Source: Bdellovibrionota bacterium (lineage in GTDB: Bacteria > Bdellovibrionota_C > UBA2361 > OMII01). Taken from it: a stretch of DNA of 50,962 bases. The number at the start of each line of letters is the position of its first letter. Position 1 is the first letter of the stretch. Where the stretch lies: positions 1 through 50,962 of the forward strand of contig JBIKWQ010000014.1 in assembly GCA_044356215.1 (NCBI GenBank), read 5' to 3'. The notes under the pieces are model-generated. The model saw nothing but the letters and a program-made list of their open reading frames with translations, searched no databases and was not told the origin of the DNA. Below are positions 36,930 to 47,748 of the stretch, in pieces. The translations under genes were made by a program, and so were the position numbers.

Positions 36930-37594
36930 GTCGAACAGATAGCTCACAAACTCACGCAATTAGTGTTGAGCCAACGGGGGTCTTTAATAACCCTACTCCG
37001 CCAGCCAACGAGATTGGCGCGGTGATCATAGAATTTATTCTTGTAATCCCAATCCTGCTTACTATCCTCGGTTATTCGCTGCGGCTAACTCAGATACTTC
37101 AGGCTAATCAGATAGCCATGGTTATAAGTCGAGAAGCGGCTACTGAGGCGTTTCGATTGTGCACCGACCTAACAATTCAGCTCCCATCATGCGATGCGTC
37201 GGCGAACGTGTGCGTAGACGCGGTTAAGACTAAAGCAGCAACCGAGTACTGCCTAGGAAAAATCAAGGAGAAGTACGAGGCTCTCTGGCCAATTGCTAAG
37301 CCATCGGCGAGCTCTAGCGACTCCGCTCCTACCATCGACGTAGAGGTCTATCGCTATGACCTAGGAAGTTTCGTGACCTTGAATAATTGTATTGGCGATG
37401 AGAGCAAGGTTTCACGATTCACAACAATAACATCATCACAACCATACCAGATAAGCGCTGCTGCTTTATGCGTAAGAAACCGCGTATCACGCGCGAAGAT
37501 ATCATTTAAAATTAAACCGACATCGGCATTCCTCAATCTTTCCGGGGGTGTCGCTGATTCAGATTTAACTGTAGTAGACGAGACGATGCTGTGA
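36926..37594 (+). CDS. TadE/TadF-family pseudopilin
   Basis: G|AVIIEFILVIP and SREAA; ATGA overlap with the upstream gene. Confidence 0.85.
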   Translation: MSRTDSSQTHAISVEPTGVFNNPTPPANEIGAVIIEFILVIPILLTILGYSLRLTQILQANQIAMVISREAATEAFRLCTDLTIQLPSCDASANVCVDAVKTKAATEYCLGKIKEKYEALWPIAKPSASSSDSAPTIDVEVYRYDLGSFVTLNNCIGDESKVSRFTTITSSQPYQISAAALCVRNRVSRAKISFKIKPTSAFLNLSGGVADSDLTVVDETML

Positions 37595-40167
37595 CTATGA
37601 GAGATAAAGCAGGAAAAATAGAAGCCGGTGTTATCTTAATCGTTTTTGTAATGACCATTCCCTGCTTACTGGGGCTGATGGCGCTCGCGATCGATTCTGG
37701 TAACCTTTATCTCGCGAAGCTGCGCCTCACAAAAGTAGCTAGGATCTCGTCCGCGACAGCGCTCAACATGATGGCGCTACGTGGCTGGGGAGCGATGGTC
37801 GCCGATCCTTTATCCTCTCCTGATGATCTGAATTTAGGGCTTAAAACCGCCAATTTAGATTACTCGAATCCAGATGATACTCTGGCTAATCAAGCGGTGC
37901 TCAAAGAGATGCGAAACGCCGCGATAGAAGCTTTAAAGAAGTATTACCCTGCGTCTGATTTTGCAGTAAATAATCCTGACGACCCTATGGCTCTGCCCGA
38001 GTATTTGCAATACGTAAGATACTCGGACGACGGGGCAACCGCCATGAATTCTCTGCCTTTAAGCGCACTAGACCTCCTTGATTCAAGCATAAAGGCCTCA
38101 TTTAGGTACTCAGCAAAAACTTACCTTTTAGGCGCGATATCTCAGATCCTTGGTGGCACTGGCCCATGCTCTAAATCAGAATCCGATTCGTCTGCAAGAT
38201 GTTGGGTCGAAAGCTCGTCACCACCAGATCGCAAGACTGGCAAGATGCGGCCGGCGAATGTCTTTATGCTACTCGATGTCTCTGGATCAATGAATGAGAT
38301 GGTATCTGAGAACAGCACAAAAACTAAAAAGACAGCTCTGGATGAGGCAGCCGCGACGTTTATAGACATGTTTAATCCTCTAAGTGATAAGTTCTCCATC
38401 ATTCCGTACGCCACCACCGCTGATAATGGCGATGATCCGGTTATGCCAGCGGTGCTTATTACCCCGAGCCCGCCAGGTATTCCGGACTATCTTGAAGATA
38501 AGTATAAGATCAGAAATCAAGACCGGTTCAAAGTGGGTGGGCAGACTAATCCTTGCGACGCACTACTGCAGGTCGCGAGAGCGATTCAAGCGGATACTTC
38601 CACAAAAGATCCTTTATATGACCACAAGACGCCCAAATTTGTCTTACTATTCACGGACGGAGCCCCAAACGTCTACCGCCTAGAGTTTTGCAAAGACGGC
38701 GACTGTCAACGGAATCCGACACTGATAGATGCCGCTTTAACAAAAGGTGGCGCGAACACCTCGGATGACCGTGGATGGTATGGTTGGACGGTTAAATGGG
38801 ATAAGAGGTCTGTTTTCAGGATGGGCCCGGCGAGCGGAGTACAAGACGATTTCTGCGGGTCAAACGAATTCGACATCGATCCGGATAGACCTAGCATCTC
38901 TCGCTGCGATCCGGTCTGGGCTTTCCCCAGAGTAATTAAAAATGACCAACAGGAGTTAACATACTCGGAAGTCTCCTCCAATCTACGCCTGAATGAGGAT
39001 GGGGAGTTCTATTTTATTGACGGAGAGTATGCGGGAAACACTATTTCTCAACTGGGCTTTAGTCTCAAATTTGAGGATCAGAGCACCACAACCCTACGGG
39101 ACTATCAGAGGTCGGACGCCTACCGCTGGAATGGGCCGAGTTACCTTACTCACGCGAGCTTTATAATTCCTCGGGGGCTCTCGCTAACCGATCGATTACC
39201 ACGGATTCTTGATGTTCCAAATGGAAGAGCCCCAATAACGTGCGGCCCAGGTTCCCGCTCCACGCCTCAGGAATATCCAGGATCTCTGATAACAAAGGCT
39301 CCCCGCGTAGCCGATAAATACAACCACTCGCTCTACTTCGCCTCGAGAGCCATCGACGCGAATTGGAGAACCGAGGGTAACGTTACTGATGAGAGTGGAG
39401 GCAAGGCATCAAAGGTCGCCCTAAGTCAGGACCACCTTAAAAATGCCCCAGCCTACTTCGAGAAACCACACGTCCTACGTCCGCATCCAGACGACTCCCC
39501 TGGATGCTTAACAGACTTAACGGCTAAGATTCCTTTCTCCTCATCCGCGAATATCTATCTGGGAGCTAACTTCGTATCAAACCCGGAGGAAACTATTCAC
39601 ACCAGAGGAGAAGCGTTAAAAACAGCGGAGCTTCCATACCACTGCGCGCTTCGAGCGGCGGATTGGCTAAGATCAGAGTATAATGTTGTAATATTCGTTG
39701 TTGGCTTAGGCCCTAGCGCCACTTCCATATACGATCAAAGTGAGGACACGCCATGCGAGGATCCACTGCAAAACGCGCTAGATCCGAATAGTCGTAAGGA
39801 TCGTTTCCTGAGAAGATTAGCTCTCGCCCCAGAGTCTCTTAGCGATCCAGAGCAGTTCTTAAAGGATTCATCAAACGAAGATGTTAGTTGGTCACCAACG
39901 AGTGATTTCAGATTTCGTCGTAACGTTTCTCTTTCCAACTGCGTTAATCATCCCCTCGCTGGATTAGCGGTCGAGCTGGGATACAGCGAGGCTTATAGTG
40001 AGTCTATGTTCTCAAATGTCGCGACTGGCCCATTTGGATACTCGCCCAGCGATCATAAATTCACAAAATACCACCTGGGAGGATACTACGGAGCTGAAGA
40101 TCCCGCCCAGCTAAAGATGATCTTTGGAGAGATCGCCAAGCGGATCCTGCTGCGCTTATCTTCATGA
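37591..40167 (+). CDS. TadG-like protein with a vWA domain and a large insertion
   Basis: G|VILIVF..LAIDSG Tad N-terminus; MIDAS DVSGS, GQTN, LFTDG, IFVVGLG. Confidence 0.85.
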   Translation: MTMRDKAGKIEAGVILIVFVMTIPCLLGLMALAIDSGNLYLAKLRLTKVARISSATALNMMALRGWGAMVADPLSSPDDLNLGLKTANLDYSNPDDTLANQAVLKEMRNAAIEALKKYYPASDFAVNNPDDPMALPEYLQYVRYSDDGATAMNSLPLSALDLLDSSIKASFRYSAKTYLLGAISQILGGTGPCSKSESDSSARCWVESSSPPDRKTGKMRPANVFMLLDVSGSMNEMVSENSTKTKKTALDEAAATFIDMFNPLSDKFSIIPYATTADNGDDPVMPAVLITPSPPGIPDYLEDKYKIRNQDRFKVGGQTNPCDALLQVARAIQADTSTKDPLYDHKTPKFVLLFTDGAPNVYRLEFCKDGDCQRNPTLIDAALTKGGANTSDDRGWYGWTVKWDKRSVFRMGPASGVQDDFCGSNEFDIDPDRPSISRCDPVWAFPRVIKNDQQELTYSEVSSNLRLNEDGEFYFIDGEYAGNTISQLGFSLKFEDQSTTTLRDYQRSDAYRWNGPSYLTHASFIIPRGLSLTDRLPRILDVPNGRAPITCGPGSRSTPQEYPGSLITKAPRVADKYNHSLYFASRAIDANWRTEGNVTDESGGKASKVALSQDHLKNAPAYFEKPHVLRPHPDDSPGCLTDLTAKIPFSSSANIYLGANFVSNPEETIHTRGEALKTAELPYHCALRAADWLRSEYNVVIFVVGLGPSATSIYDQSEDTPCEDPLQNALDPNSRKDRFLRRLALAPESLSDPEQFLKDSSNEDVSWSPTSDFRFRRNVSLSNCVNHPLAGLAVELGYSEAYSESMFSNVATGPFGYSPSDHKFTKYHLGGYYGAEDPAQLKMIFGEIAKRILLRLSS

Positions 40168-40203
40168 CCCATAGAGGCGAGACAGATTTGCCTACTCAGG
40201 TAT

Positions 40204-41238
40204 TTAGTTGCGCAGCCAGTGGCATGTATATCCGTCTGGATGCTTCTGAAGGTAGTCCTGATGATACTCCTCGGCGGGATACCACTCGCTGGCAGCAATC
40301 ACCTCAGTTACAATTGGATCGTTCCACTTCTTTGAAGTGCCGACCTCTTGAATGATCCGCTCAGCTGTCTCTCTTTGGCCCTCACTAGTAAAAAATATCG
40401 CTGACCGATACTGAGTTCCACGGTCGTTGCCTTGTCGATTCAAGGTAGTAGGGTCATGCAGCCTAAAGAAGTACCTGAGTAAATCAGCATACGATAGCAG
40501 AGCTGGATTGAACTCAATTCTTATACTCTCCGCGTGTCCCGTAGCCCCTGTTGAGATCCGCTCATAGGTCGGATTAGGGACTCTTCCACCGGTGTATCCG
40601 ACCTCTGTTGATATCACCCCTGGCAGTTTACGGATAAGCTCTTCCACTCCCCAGAAGCATCCGCCAGCTAACACAGCTACCTCACTACTCTTTGACACGT
40701 TAGCTTTTGTAGCGATTTTCTCACTCCTATCAAAATCCCGCACGTACTCTCCGTATCCTTCAGCCTCCAAGCGCTCGGCAGGGATGAAACGAAGAGACGC
40801 TGAATTTATACAATATCTCAGACCCTCTGGACCGGGACCGTCCGGGAAAACATGTCCCAAATGCGAGTCGGCTTTTGCTGAGCGAATTTCTGTTCGGATC
40901 ATCCCGTGACTGACATCGCGCTTCTCTGCTAACACATCGCGCTTTATCGGCTTGGTAAAGCTTGGCCACCCTGTACCTGAATCAAACTTATCTAGTGAGC
41001 TAAATAGAGGATCACCAGAAACTATATCAACATAGATCCCTGGGGAATGGTTATCCCAGTATTCATTGCTAAACGGAGGCTCCGTTCCACACTGCTGGGT
41101 TACAGTGTATTGGAGAGGACTTAGCCGCTGCTTTAGATCGCCAGATTTATTTTTAGTATCTTCCGCCATAATCACCGAGCTCCAAAACATAACCAGCGCT
41201 ATTACCGTCGTAAACGCGCTGGAACTATTCGCTACCAT
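40204..41238 (-). CDS. msrAB: Secreted MsrB-MsrA fusion (methionine sulfoxide reductase)
   Basis: Signal peptide; MsrB GWPSF, HLGHVF, RYCINS; MsrA GCFWG, EEYHQDY. Confidence 0.95.
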   Translation of the reverse strand: MVANSSSAFTTVIALVMFWSSVIMAEDTKNKSGDLKQRLSPLQYTVTQQCGTEPPFSNEYWDNHSPGIYVDIVSGDPLFSSLDKFDSGTGWPSFTKPIKRDVLAEKRDVSHGMIRTEIRSAKADSHLGHVFPDGPGPEGLRYCINSASLRFIPAERLEAEGYGEYVRDFDRSEKIATKANVSKSSEVAVLAGGCFWGVEELIRKLPGVISTEVGYTGGRVPNPTYERISTGATGHAESIRIEFNPALLSYADLLRYFFRLHDPTTLNRQGNDRGTQYRSAIFFTSEGQRETAERIIQEVGTSKKWNDPIVTEVIAASEWYPAEEYHQDYLQKHPDGYTCHWLRN

Positions 41239-41243
41239 ATCAA

Positions 41244-42542
41244 CTATTCCCCACTTTTTGGGACCACAGGGATCAACATGAATGGGCTTTCTTCAGTATC
41301 ACCACCCAATCCCGCGTCGACTCCATTTTGACGCTCAAGTAACCTAGTTAATTCATGGCTAATTTTCTGACTAATGGAGTAGGATATCTCCTGAGCTAAA
41401 TTATCGCCGATACCATTTAATCCGTTAGGAAACGCTTCTTTTAAACCTTCGGCGCAGATCCTTTCCACTGATTGCCTTAAATCAATTAACTCCGGCTGCA
41501 CCGCGATCTTTCTGCGCCACCTTTCAAACTGAGCTAACCCGTACTCGATCACCATCTCCGCGTCCTTAGCCGCGGCCTCTCTTAGCTCCATATTACTCGT
41601 GGCAACATTAGACAGGTCGTCGATATTATAGAGATACACGTTGTCAATATTCGCTAGATCTGCGGAGAAGTTACGAGGGACTCCTAGATCAATCAGAAAA
41701 AGCGGCCGACTCGAGCGGCGTCTCTTTATCATTGACGCGCTAACAATCGGCCGGTCGATACTAATCGAGCCAATGACGATGTCAGCGCTATCAATCACTC
41801 GATCGACATCAGACAAAGACACCGCTAAACCACTAAATCTCTCGGCTAACGCCGCGGCACGCTCTAATGTGCGGTTGGCTACAACTATCTTGCTGCACCC
41901 TTGCGAACAGAGGTGTAATACCGCCAACTCTGCCATCTCACCACTACCAACCACAACGACTGTAACATCCGCCAGGTCAGCGAATATCTGCCTAGCTAAT
42001 TGAACAGCGACGTAACTTAAAGAGACTCCGTGAGCTGAGATCTCGGTGTGAGAGCGCACTTTCTTAGCTACATTGAAAGCGCTCTGAAATAAATGGTGGA
42101 GGTGAGCCCCAACACTCCCGGCCTGAACCGCTTGCTGATATGCGCGCTTAACTTGCCCGAGGATCTGAGCCTCTCCGAGGACCATCGAATCAAGGCTACT
42201 TGAAACACGATAGATGTGCCTAACCGCTGAGGCGTCTCTATACTGATATAAAGCATCTCCTAGATCCTCTGACGCCCCTAGCAGAGATTCGAAGAATGCT
42301 TTTATTCCACCACCATCGCCTCCTACGGAGACTATCTCAAAGCGGTTGCACGTCGATAGAACCGCCGCCTCACGGGCCATTCCTCGCTTAACAATTTTGT
42401 CTCCGATTGATTCAGGAGTCGGCGCCACTTTAGCTAGGCGCTCGCGCCATTCAACGCTCAGAGTCCTAAAGCTTACTCCGGTCACAAGAAGGCCCGGTTC
42501 ATATGATGGCGCGCCGAGAGACTGAACTAAATCACTTCCCAT
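41244..42542 (-). CDS. hemA: Glutamyl-tRNA reductase
   Basis: [35 protein letters not shown]. Confidence 0.95.
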   Translation of the reverse strand: MGSDLVQSLGAPSYEPGLLVTGVSFRTLSVEWRERLAKVAPTPESIGDKIVKRGMAREAAVLSTCNRFEIVSVGGDGGGIKAFFESLLGASEDLGDALYQYRDASAVRHIYRVSSSLDSMVLGEAQILGQVKRAYQQAVQAGSVGAHLHHLFQSAFNVAKKVRSHTEISAHGVSLSYVAVQLARQIFADLADVTVVVVGSGEMAELAVLHLCSQGCSKIVVANRTLERAAALAERFSGLAVSLSDVDRVIDSADIVIGSISIDRPIVSASMIKRRRSSRPLFLIDLGVPRNFSADLANIDNVYLYNIDDLSNVATSNMELREAAAKDAEMVIEYGLAQFERWRRKIAVQPELIDLRQSVERICAEGLKEAFPNGLNGIGDNLAQEISYSISQKISHELTRLLERQNGVDAGLGGDTEESPFMLIPVVPKSGE

Positions 42543-42549
42543 AAACTTC

Positions 42550-43401
42550 CTACGACCAGAGCGCCGCGTGGGTCACGCGCCCCGAGACCACCAATACGAT
42601 AAATACTGAAATGATAAAGGATCCGGCGACCCAAAGGGTTAACCGAGACACTCTTTTAGGGGACCACCGCAGAACTATTCGAGCGAAAAGAATCGCCGCC
42701 AAAAATACCCAAGTTAATAAACCCGATACAACTGATGTGTCCGCCGTAAACACCGATTTGCGCTCCAAAACCGCCCACAATCCGCCACTTACAATTACTA
42801 GCGATATCGCCACAAATCCGATCTTGGCTAGGTGAGCGTTGAGACGATCTAGCTGCTGCAAACTTACTCCACTGCCAGCTAATGAGAGAGCTTTCCTTGC
42901 CTTTAAGCGGCGCTCAACAATCAAGAAAGCGACGCTCACACCCAGCGCCAAAACTAGGCTCACAACTGCCACCAAGGCCGGCACTCCGTGAAGCAGAGAG
43001 ACAACTAGATCCTGTTTCCTTTCCTCAGGGCCAGAACCCACAAGCGATGCGGCGTCCTGATGTAGCAGATAAGACGAGCTGCTCATAAAGAGCACTATCG
43101 CTGAACATATGAACGCCCCAAGCAGGGGATAGTTAAACCAGCGCCTAAAAAAGAGGAATACAAACGCCAAAAGCCACGATACGCAGAGACAATAATCAGC
43201 GCCGTTCTCAAGAGCGAAGAATCGCGACTCACTTAACACAAGAGAGAGAGTAACTGTGTGGAAGATAAAGCCCAGGAGCACCCCCGCAGCTGCTACCTTA
43301 TCGGTATTCCCAGTGCGGCTTGGACGCCACAACCTAAGCAAACTAAACAAGGTGGCGACCAGATAGAGTGAGATGCTAAGAACTGCCGCCAGGTGAGTCA
43401 C
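42550..43401 (-). CDS. Cytochrome c assembly family membrane protein (CcsA/HemX-like)
   Basis: About 8 TM helices, conserved His, ERRLK..SLQQLD, SGGLW; lies upstream of hemA. Confidence 0.8.
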   Translation of the reverse strand: MTHLAAVLSISLYLVATLFSLLRLWRPSRTGNTDKVAAAGVLLGFIFHTVTLSLVLSESRFFALENGADYCLCVSWLLAFVFLFFRRWFNYPLLGAFICSAIVLFMSSSSYLLHQDAASLVGSGPEERKQDLVVSLLHGVPALVAVVSLVLALGVSVAFLIVERRLKARKALSLAGSGVSLQQLDRLNAHLAKIGFVAISLVIVSGGLWAVLERKSVFTADTSVVSGLLTWVFLAAILFARIVLRWSPKRVSRLTLWVAGSFIISVFIVLVVSGRVTHAALWS

Positions 43402-43403
43402 TG

Positions 43404-44423
43404 CTAGGCCCCCTTCACTAAATCAACTAACCTCTCTACGTTTTCTACAGGCGCATGGGGCAGAATGCCGTGTCCTAAATTAAATACATGCCCCGAGACC
43501 TCTTTTGCCTCACCCAGGATCTGACGCGCCGATCTCTCTACATAACTCCAAGCCCCAGTTAATATCTGAGGATCAAGATTTCCCTGGAGAGGAACATCCC
43601 TGCCCAACAGAGCTCTTGCTTGAGGCAATGTTAACCTCCAATCAACTCCGTAAGCATCAGCGCCTAATTTAGCCAATCTTGGAAAAAGTCCCGCGACACC
43701 AGTGGCAAAAAACACAACGGGAACGTCTGTGCGCGCTCGGACCTGCTCAAATAGTGATCTTAAATATGGCTCCACAAAAGTGTCGTATTCCCTCGGGCCA
43801 ACAGATCCCAACCAGGAATCAAATATCTGCAACGCTTCACACCCCGCCTCAACTTGCGCAATCAGATAATCAGCAGAAAGTTTAGCAAGCTTTGTTTGCA
43901 GGGAATGCCAAGCTTCAGGCTCGCCGAGCATCATCCCTTTGGTGTGCTGCAGGTCCCCCGGGCTCTGTCCCTCTATAAGATAGCTCGCCAGTGTAAACGG
44001 CGCTCCGCAGAACCCGATCAGAGGAGTCTTGCCATTAAGCTCATTCACAACAAGCTTAATCGCGTCCAGGGTGTATCCGACATTATCTTTCGGATCAGGC
44101 ACTCGTAGACGATCTACATCCGCGGCCAAACGCACAGGGTTATCAATTACTGGTCCCTCGCCTTTGCGGAATTCAAGATTAGCGCCCATTCCAATTAATG
44201 GCGTCAGGATATCCGCGAAGATAATACCTGCATCTAACTTAAACCGTCTAAGAGGCTGCAGAGTAACTTCACAAGCTAACTCAGGTGTCATTACCATCTG
44301 GAGCATCGAGTTACGCTCGCGTAGAGCGCGATACTCCGGCAAATAACGACCAGCCTGACGCATTAACCAGATAGGCGTCTCTGAGGATCTCTTACCTTTT
44401 AACGTATCTATAAAGAGCGACAA
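43404..44423 (-). CDS. hemE: Uroporphyrinogen decarboxylase
   Basis: PIWLMRQAGRYLPEY, FADIL, QGNLDP, FNLGHG. Confidence 0.97.
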   Translation of the reverse strand: MSLFIDTLKGKRSSETPIWLMRQAGRYLPEYRALRERNSMLQMVMTPELACEVTLQPLRRFKLDAGIIFADILTPLIGMGANLEFRKGEGPVIDNPVRLAADVDRLRVPDPKDNVGYTLDAIKLVVNELNGKTPLIGFCGAPFTLASYLIEGQSPGDLQHTKGMMLGEPEAWHSLQTKLAKLSADYLIAQVEAGCEALQIFDSWLGSVGPREYDTFVEPYLRSLFEQVRARTDVPVVFFATGVAGLFPRLAKLGADAYGVDWRLTLPQARALLGRDVPLQGNLDPQILTGAWSYVERSARQILGEAKEVSGHVFNLGHGILPHAPVENVERLVDLVKGA

Positions 44424-44447
44424 TTTTTTAAGACCTTATTAATCAAA

Positions 44448-45728
44448 CTAATTTTTCGGCGTTATCAACTCTTGTCCACCCATGTAAGGACGTAAAGCTT
44501 TTGGTATAGTTATCGATCCATCCTGATTCTGGTGGTTTTCAAGAAGCGGAATCAATATTCGCGGGGACGCGATACAGGTGTTATTCAGAGTGTAGCAGAA
44601 TACATTCTTGCCGTTCTCATCTTTGTAACGGGTATTTAGTCTCCGCGCCTGGAAATCATAGAATGACGAACAGCTATGAGTCTCTCCGTAAGCCTTACGT
44701 GAAGGCATCCACGCCTCGATATCATGCTTAAAAACCTGTCCCTGTCCCATATCGCCAGTGCATACATCCACAACACGATAAGGAAGCTCTAGCATCTGCA
44801 TTACGGCCTCAGCATTGCCCAAAAGCTCGTAATGAAACTTCATACTCTCGTCGGCGTCTGCCCTACACAGCACCACCTGCTCAACCTTATAGAATTGGTG
44901 AACTCGGTAGAGTCCGTAAGTATCCTTGCCGTAGGCCCCAGCCTCGCGACGATAGCATGGCGAATAGCCAGCGTAGCGCTTTGGTAATTCATCTAACGCC
45001 AAGATCTCGTCAGAGTGATACGAGGCCACGGGAACCTCGGCTGTTCCGATCAAATGGAAACCATCATCTCGTTGATCAAGGTGATAGGCCATCTCCTCAC
45101 CTCCCGGGAAATATCCGGTCGACAACATCGCTTTGTAACTGACGATATGAGGAGGATCCATCAATGTGTAGCCCTGCTTGTGCAGATGATCCATCGCCAA
45201 GCTCATCACCGCATGCGAAAGCCTCGCGCCATCTCCCTTAAGAAAATAGCCACGGGTTCCCGCTATCTTCACGCCGCGCTCTATGTCGAAAAGATCCAAG
45301 CCCTTTGATAACTGAACGTGATCGCGCAGATCGAAATCACGCGCTACTATCTCACCCCACGATCTTACAGGACGATTTTCCGAGTCATCTTTTCCAACTG
45401 GTACGCTCGATAGTGGGATCGATGGAATACGATGCTGTGCCTTTGTCCAATTCTCCTCCAGCTCTTTCAATATGGCGTTGGCTTCCTTGAGCTGCTCCGA
45501 TAGCTGCTTCATCTGCGCCAACTTGGCTTCCTTCTCCGCGCCCTGTAGTTTGGGTATCTCTTTACTGACGGCGTTCTGCTCGGCGCGCTGAGTCTCTACA
45601 TCGGTACGAGCCTTTCTGTACCTAGTGTCTAGATCCAGAAACTCTTTAACATCAAATTTAATACCTTTAATATCACAAGCCCTCTGGTACTCATCAGGCC
45701 GCGACCGCAGGTCATGAAGATCTATCAT
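44448..45728 (-). CDS. serS: Serine--tRNA ligase
   Basis: N-terminal coiled arm, GTAEV, CYRREAG, RVHQF.KVE, DIEAWMP, ETHSCS. Confidence 0.97.
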   Translation of the reverse strand: MIDLHDLRSRPDEYQRACDIKGIKFDVKEFLDLDTRYRKARTDVETQRAEQNAVSKEIPKLQGAEKEAKLAQMKQLSEQLKEANAILKELEENWTKAQHRIPSIPLSSVPVGKDDSENRPVRSWGEIVARDFDLRDHVQLSKGLDLFDIERGVKIAGTRGYFLKGDGARLSHAVMSLAMDHLHKQGYTLMDPPHIVSYKAMLSTGYFPGGEEMAYHLDQRDDGFHLIGTAEVPVASYHSDEILALDELPKRYAGYSPCYRREAGAYGKDTYGLYRVHQFYKVEQVVLCRADADESMKFHYELLGNAEAVMQMLELPYRVVDVCTGDMGQGQVFKHDIEAWMPSRKAYGETHSCSSFYDFQARRLNTRYKDENGKNVFCYTLNNTCIASPRILIPLLENHQNQDGSITIPKALRPYMGGQELITPKN

Positions 45729-45823
45729 GATAAAACAATCCCAGGATACACCGTTACGTTTGATGCTAGCTCAGGGCCCATTTTTTTTCAATAAAGCCGA
45801 GGGGTTCTAAGAGAGACGGGGCA

Positions 45824-45876
45824 AAACGGCGCGAACGCGCCGTTTCTAACAAAACATCGCGTGAGCGAGGTTTTGT
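45824..45876. repeat. Double hairpin including family D copy 2
   Basis: AAACGGCGCG-AA-CGCGCCGTTT followed by ACAAAACATCGC-GTGA-GCGAGGTTTTGT, between hemD and serS. Confidence 0.8.
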
Positions 45877-45884
45877 CGCCCTTA

Positions 45885-46649
45885 CTAAGACACTAAGACC
45901 TTTAAGACTCCATCTTCTGAATGCTCTTGAGCCTCGCGCCAGACTGTTAGACCAGCCTGTTTTATCGCCTGCGTTGTAATCGGCCCGATCGACACGATTT
46001 TGTCGGTTCCTAAGCTCCCTTGAAGGACCCTTGCCGCTGCAGCAACCGCAGAAGGGCTCATAAAGACAATAGCTGCACCTTCCTGTACAAAGCTTCTGTA
46101 ACTATCTAAAGACTCTTTGTTAATTCCGTTAGCTTCCAACCTGTAGATATCAATACCACTAGCACCAAATCCAGCAACCCGCAGTATAGGCGCGAAAAGA
46201 TCCCTGCCGTCCGCTGATTGAGGTACTATCACTGCCCTATTAGGGGGAAGCGCACGAACGAACTCTCTGGCGAACTCCTCAGCCACGAAAACTGAAGGGG
46301 TAAAATCCGGGACCCTATTGAGACACTCGCTAACTGCCTTAGCGGTTCCACTACCCTGTACCGCTATCATCGCTCTCTGTGTAGCGCTCGCCAGTACGGA
46401 GTCACCCGCGATCAGATCGCTCCAGACCCAGACAGCCGTTGGCGAGAGAAAGGCAAGCCATCCGCCAGGGTCTTGTTGCAGCGACTGTATGATTAACGAC
46501 CGATCGCGCGCGGACAGATCAAGCGGCACGCACTTAAGAAGCGGTAATTCAAAGACCTCAATACCCACGGCCTCTAACTTGCCCGCTAAACGCTTCGAGC
46601 CACTGTACGGCCCAGAGGGGCGGGTGATAACAACTCTTTTTACCTGCAC
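45885..46649 (-). CDS. hemD: Uroporphyrinogen-III synthase
   Basis: VVITRP, FLSPTAV, G.GTA, FMSPSAV, SIGPIT. Confidence 0.9.
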   Translation of the reverse strand: MQVKRVVITRPSGPYSGSKRLAGKLEAVGIEVFELPLLKCVPLDLSARDRSLIIQSLQQDPGGWLAFLSPTAVWVWSDLIAGDSVLASATQRAMIAVQGSGTAKAVSECLNRVPDFTPSVFVAEEFAREFVRALPPNRAVIVPQSADGRDLFAPILRVAGFGASGIDIYRLEANGINKESLDSYRSFVQEGAAIVFMSPSAVAAAARVLQGSLGTDKIVSIGPITTQAIKQAGLTVWREAQEHSEDGVLKVLVS

Positions 46650-46652
46650 TTC

Positions 46653-47582
46653 TTACAGATCCTTAAATCCTCGTGATAAAACCTCTTCAGCCATTGCGAT
46701 TCCCAGCTGGCGGGAACCGGATAGATCAGCTTCTCCACTTACCTCGATAGTACGAGTGCCATCAAAGGAAACGCACCGGCCGACAAAAGAAACATACTCA
46801 CTTCCATCTCTCTTCACGATCCGAGCTAGCGCGGCGACCGGAGTATTACAACCAGCCTCAAGCGCGGCCAAGAACGCGCGCTCGGCCGTAACCTCAACCT
46901 CAGTTGGGACGTGATGGATCGCTCTCAAAATTCCTAACAACCACTCATCGTCGGCGCGACATTCAACTCCCAAAGCCCCCTGGCCGGGAGCGGGCAGCAT
47001 ATCGTGGCAGCTTAAGATCTCCGAAGCCTCGTGCGCTAAGCCAAGCCTATTAAGCCCTGCACGAGCCAGCACGGCCGCGTCGTACTGCCCAGCGATATCT
47101 CTTGTCTTACGAATTCGAGTATCAACATTCCCCCGAATGTGGGCGATCTTCAGATCGGGTCGCAATTTAAGAAGCTGAGAAGAACGCCGTGGACTTGATG
47201 TGCCGATAACAGCACCTTGTGGAAGGTTCATCAAGCTCAAGCCACTTCGAGAAATAACTACATCCTCGACCGCCTCGCGCTCTGGAATTGCACCTAATAC
47301 AAACTCGCCGGCCAGCGCGGTTGGGAGATCTTTAAGGCAGTGCACCGCGAGATCTATCTCTCTATCTCTCAGCGCCTGCTCTAGCTCCGCTGTGAAAAGC
47401 CCCTTACCACCGATCTCTGGCAATGGAATTGAGGCGTCCTGAGTGCGATCTCCCTGTGTGACAAAATGCTTAAGCGTTATAACAAGCTCCGGATAGCGCG
47501 CCACTAAGAGAGCTTTGATGTATTCGCTCTGCCAGAGCGCTAACGCGCTTTTTCTCGTTCCAATAACTATTTCAGTACGCAT
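46653..47582 (-). CDS. hemC: Hydroxymethylbilane synthase
   Basis: GTRKSALALWQ, GKGLFT, GTSS.RR, RGNVDTR, PAPGQGAL, AGC.TP. Confidence 0.97.
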   Translation of the reverse strand: MRTEIVIGTRKSALALWQSEYIKALLVARYPELVITLKHFVTQGDRTQDASIPLPEIGGKGLFTAELEQALRDREIDLAVHCLKDLPTALAGEFVLGAIPEREAVEDVVISRSGLSLMNLPQGAVIGTSSPRRSSQLLKLRPDLKIAHIRGNVDTRIRKTRDIAGQYDAAVLARAGLNRLGLAHEASEILSCHDMLPAPGQGALGVECRADDEWLLGILRAIHHVPTEVEVTAERAFLAALEAGCNTPVAALARIVKRDGSEYVSFVGRCVSFDGTRTIEVSGEADLSGSRQLGIAMAEEVLSRGFKDL

Positions 47583-47715
47583 AATTATAACCGCTACGAT
47601 AAATTATCGTATTTCCCTAATGGAAGATCCTAACCGTCGGCCCCTAAGAGCCACAACTACTAGCATTGACTAAGTTTAGGGACAAATCGAAACCTAACAT
47701 AAATCCCTCAATCTC

Positions 47716-47743
47716 TAAAGTTTTGAGAAATTTAGGCCGTAGT
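47716..47743 (+). promoter_or_regulatory. Sigma28-like promoter upstream of the subtilase
   Basis: TAAAG(TTT)-N15-GCCGTAGT. Confidence 0.55.
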
Positions 47744-47748
47744 ACCAG

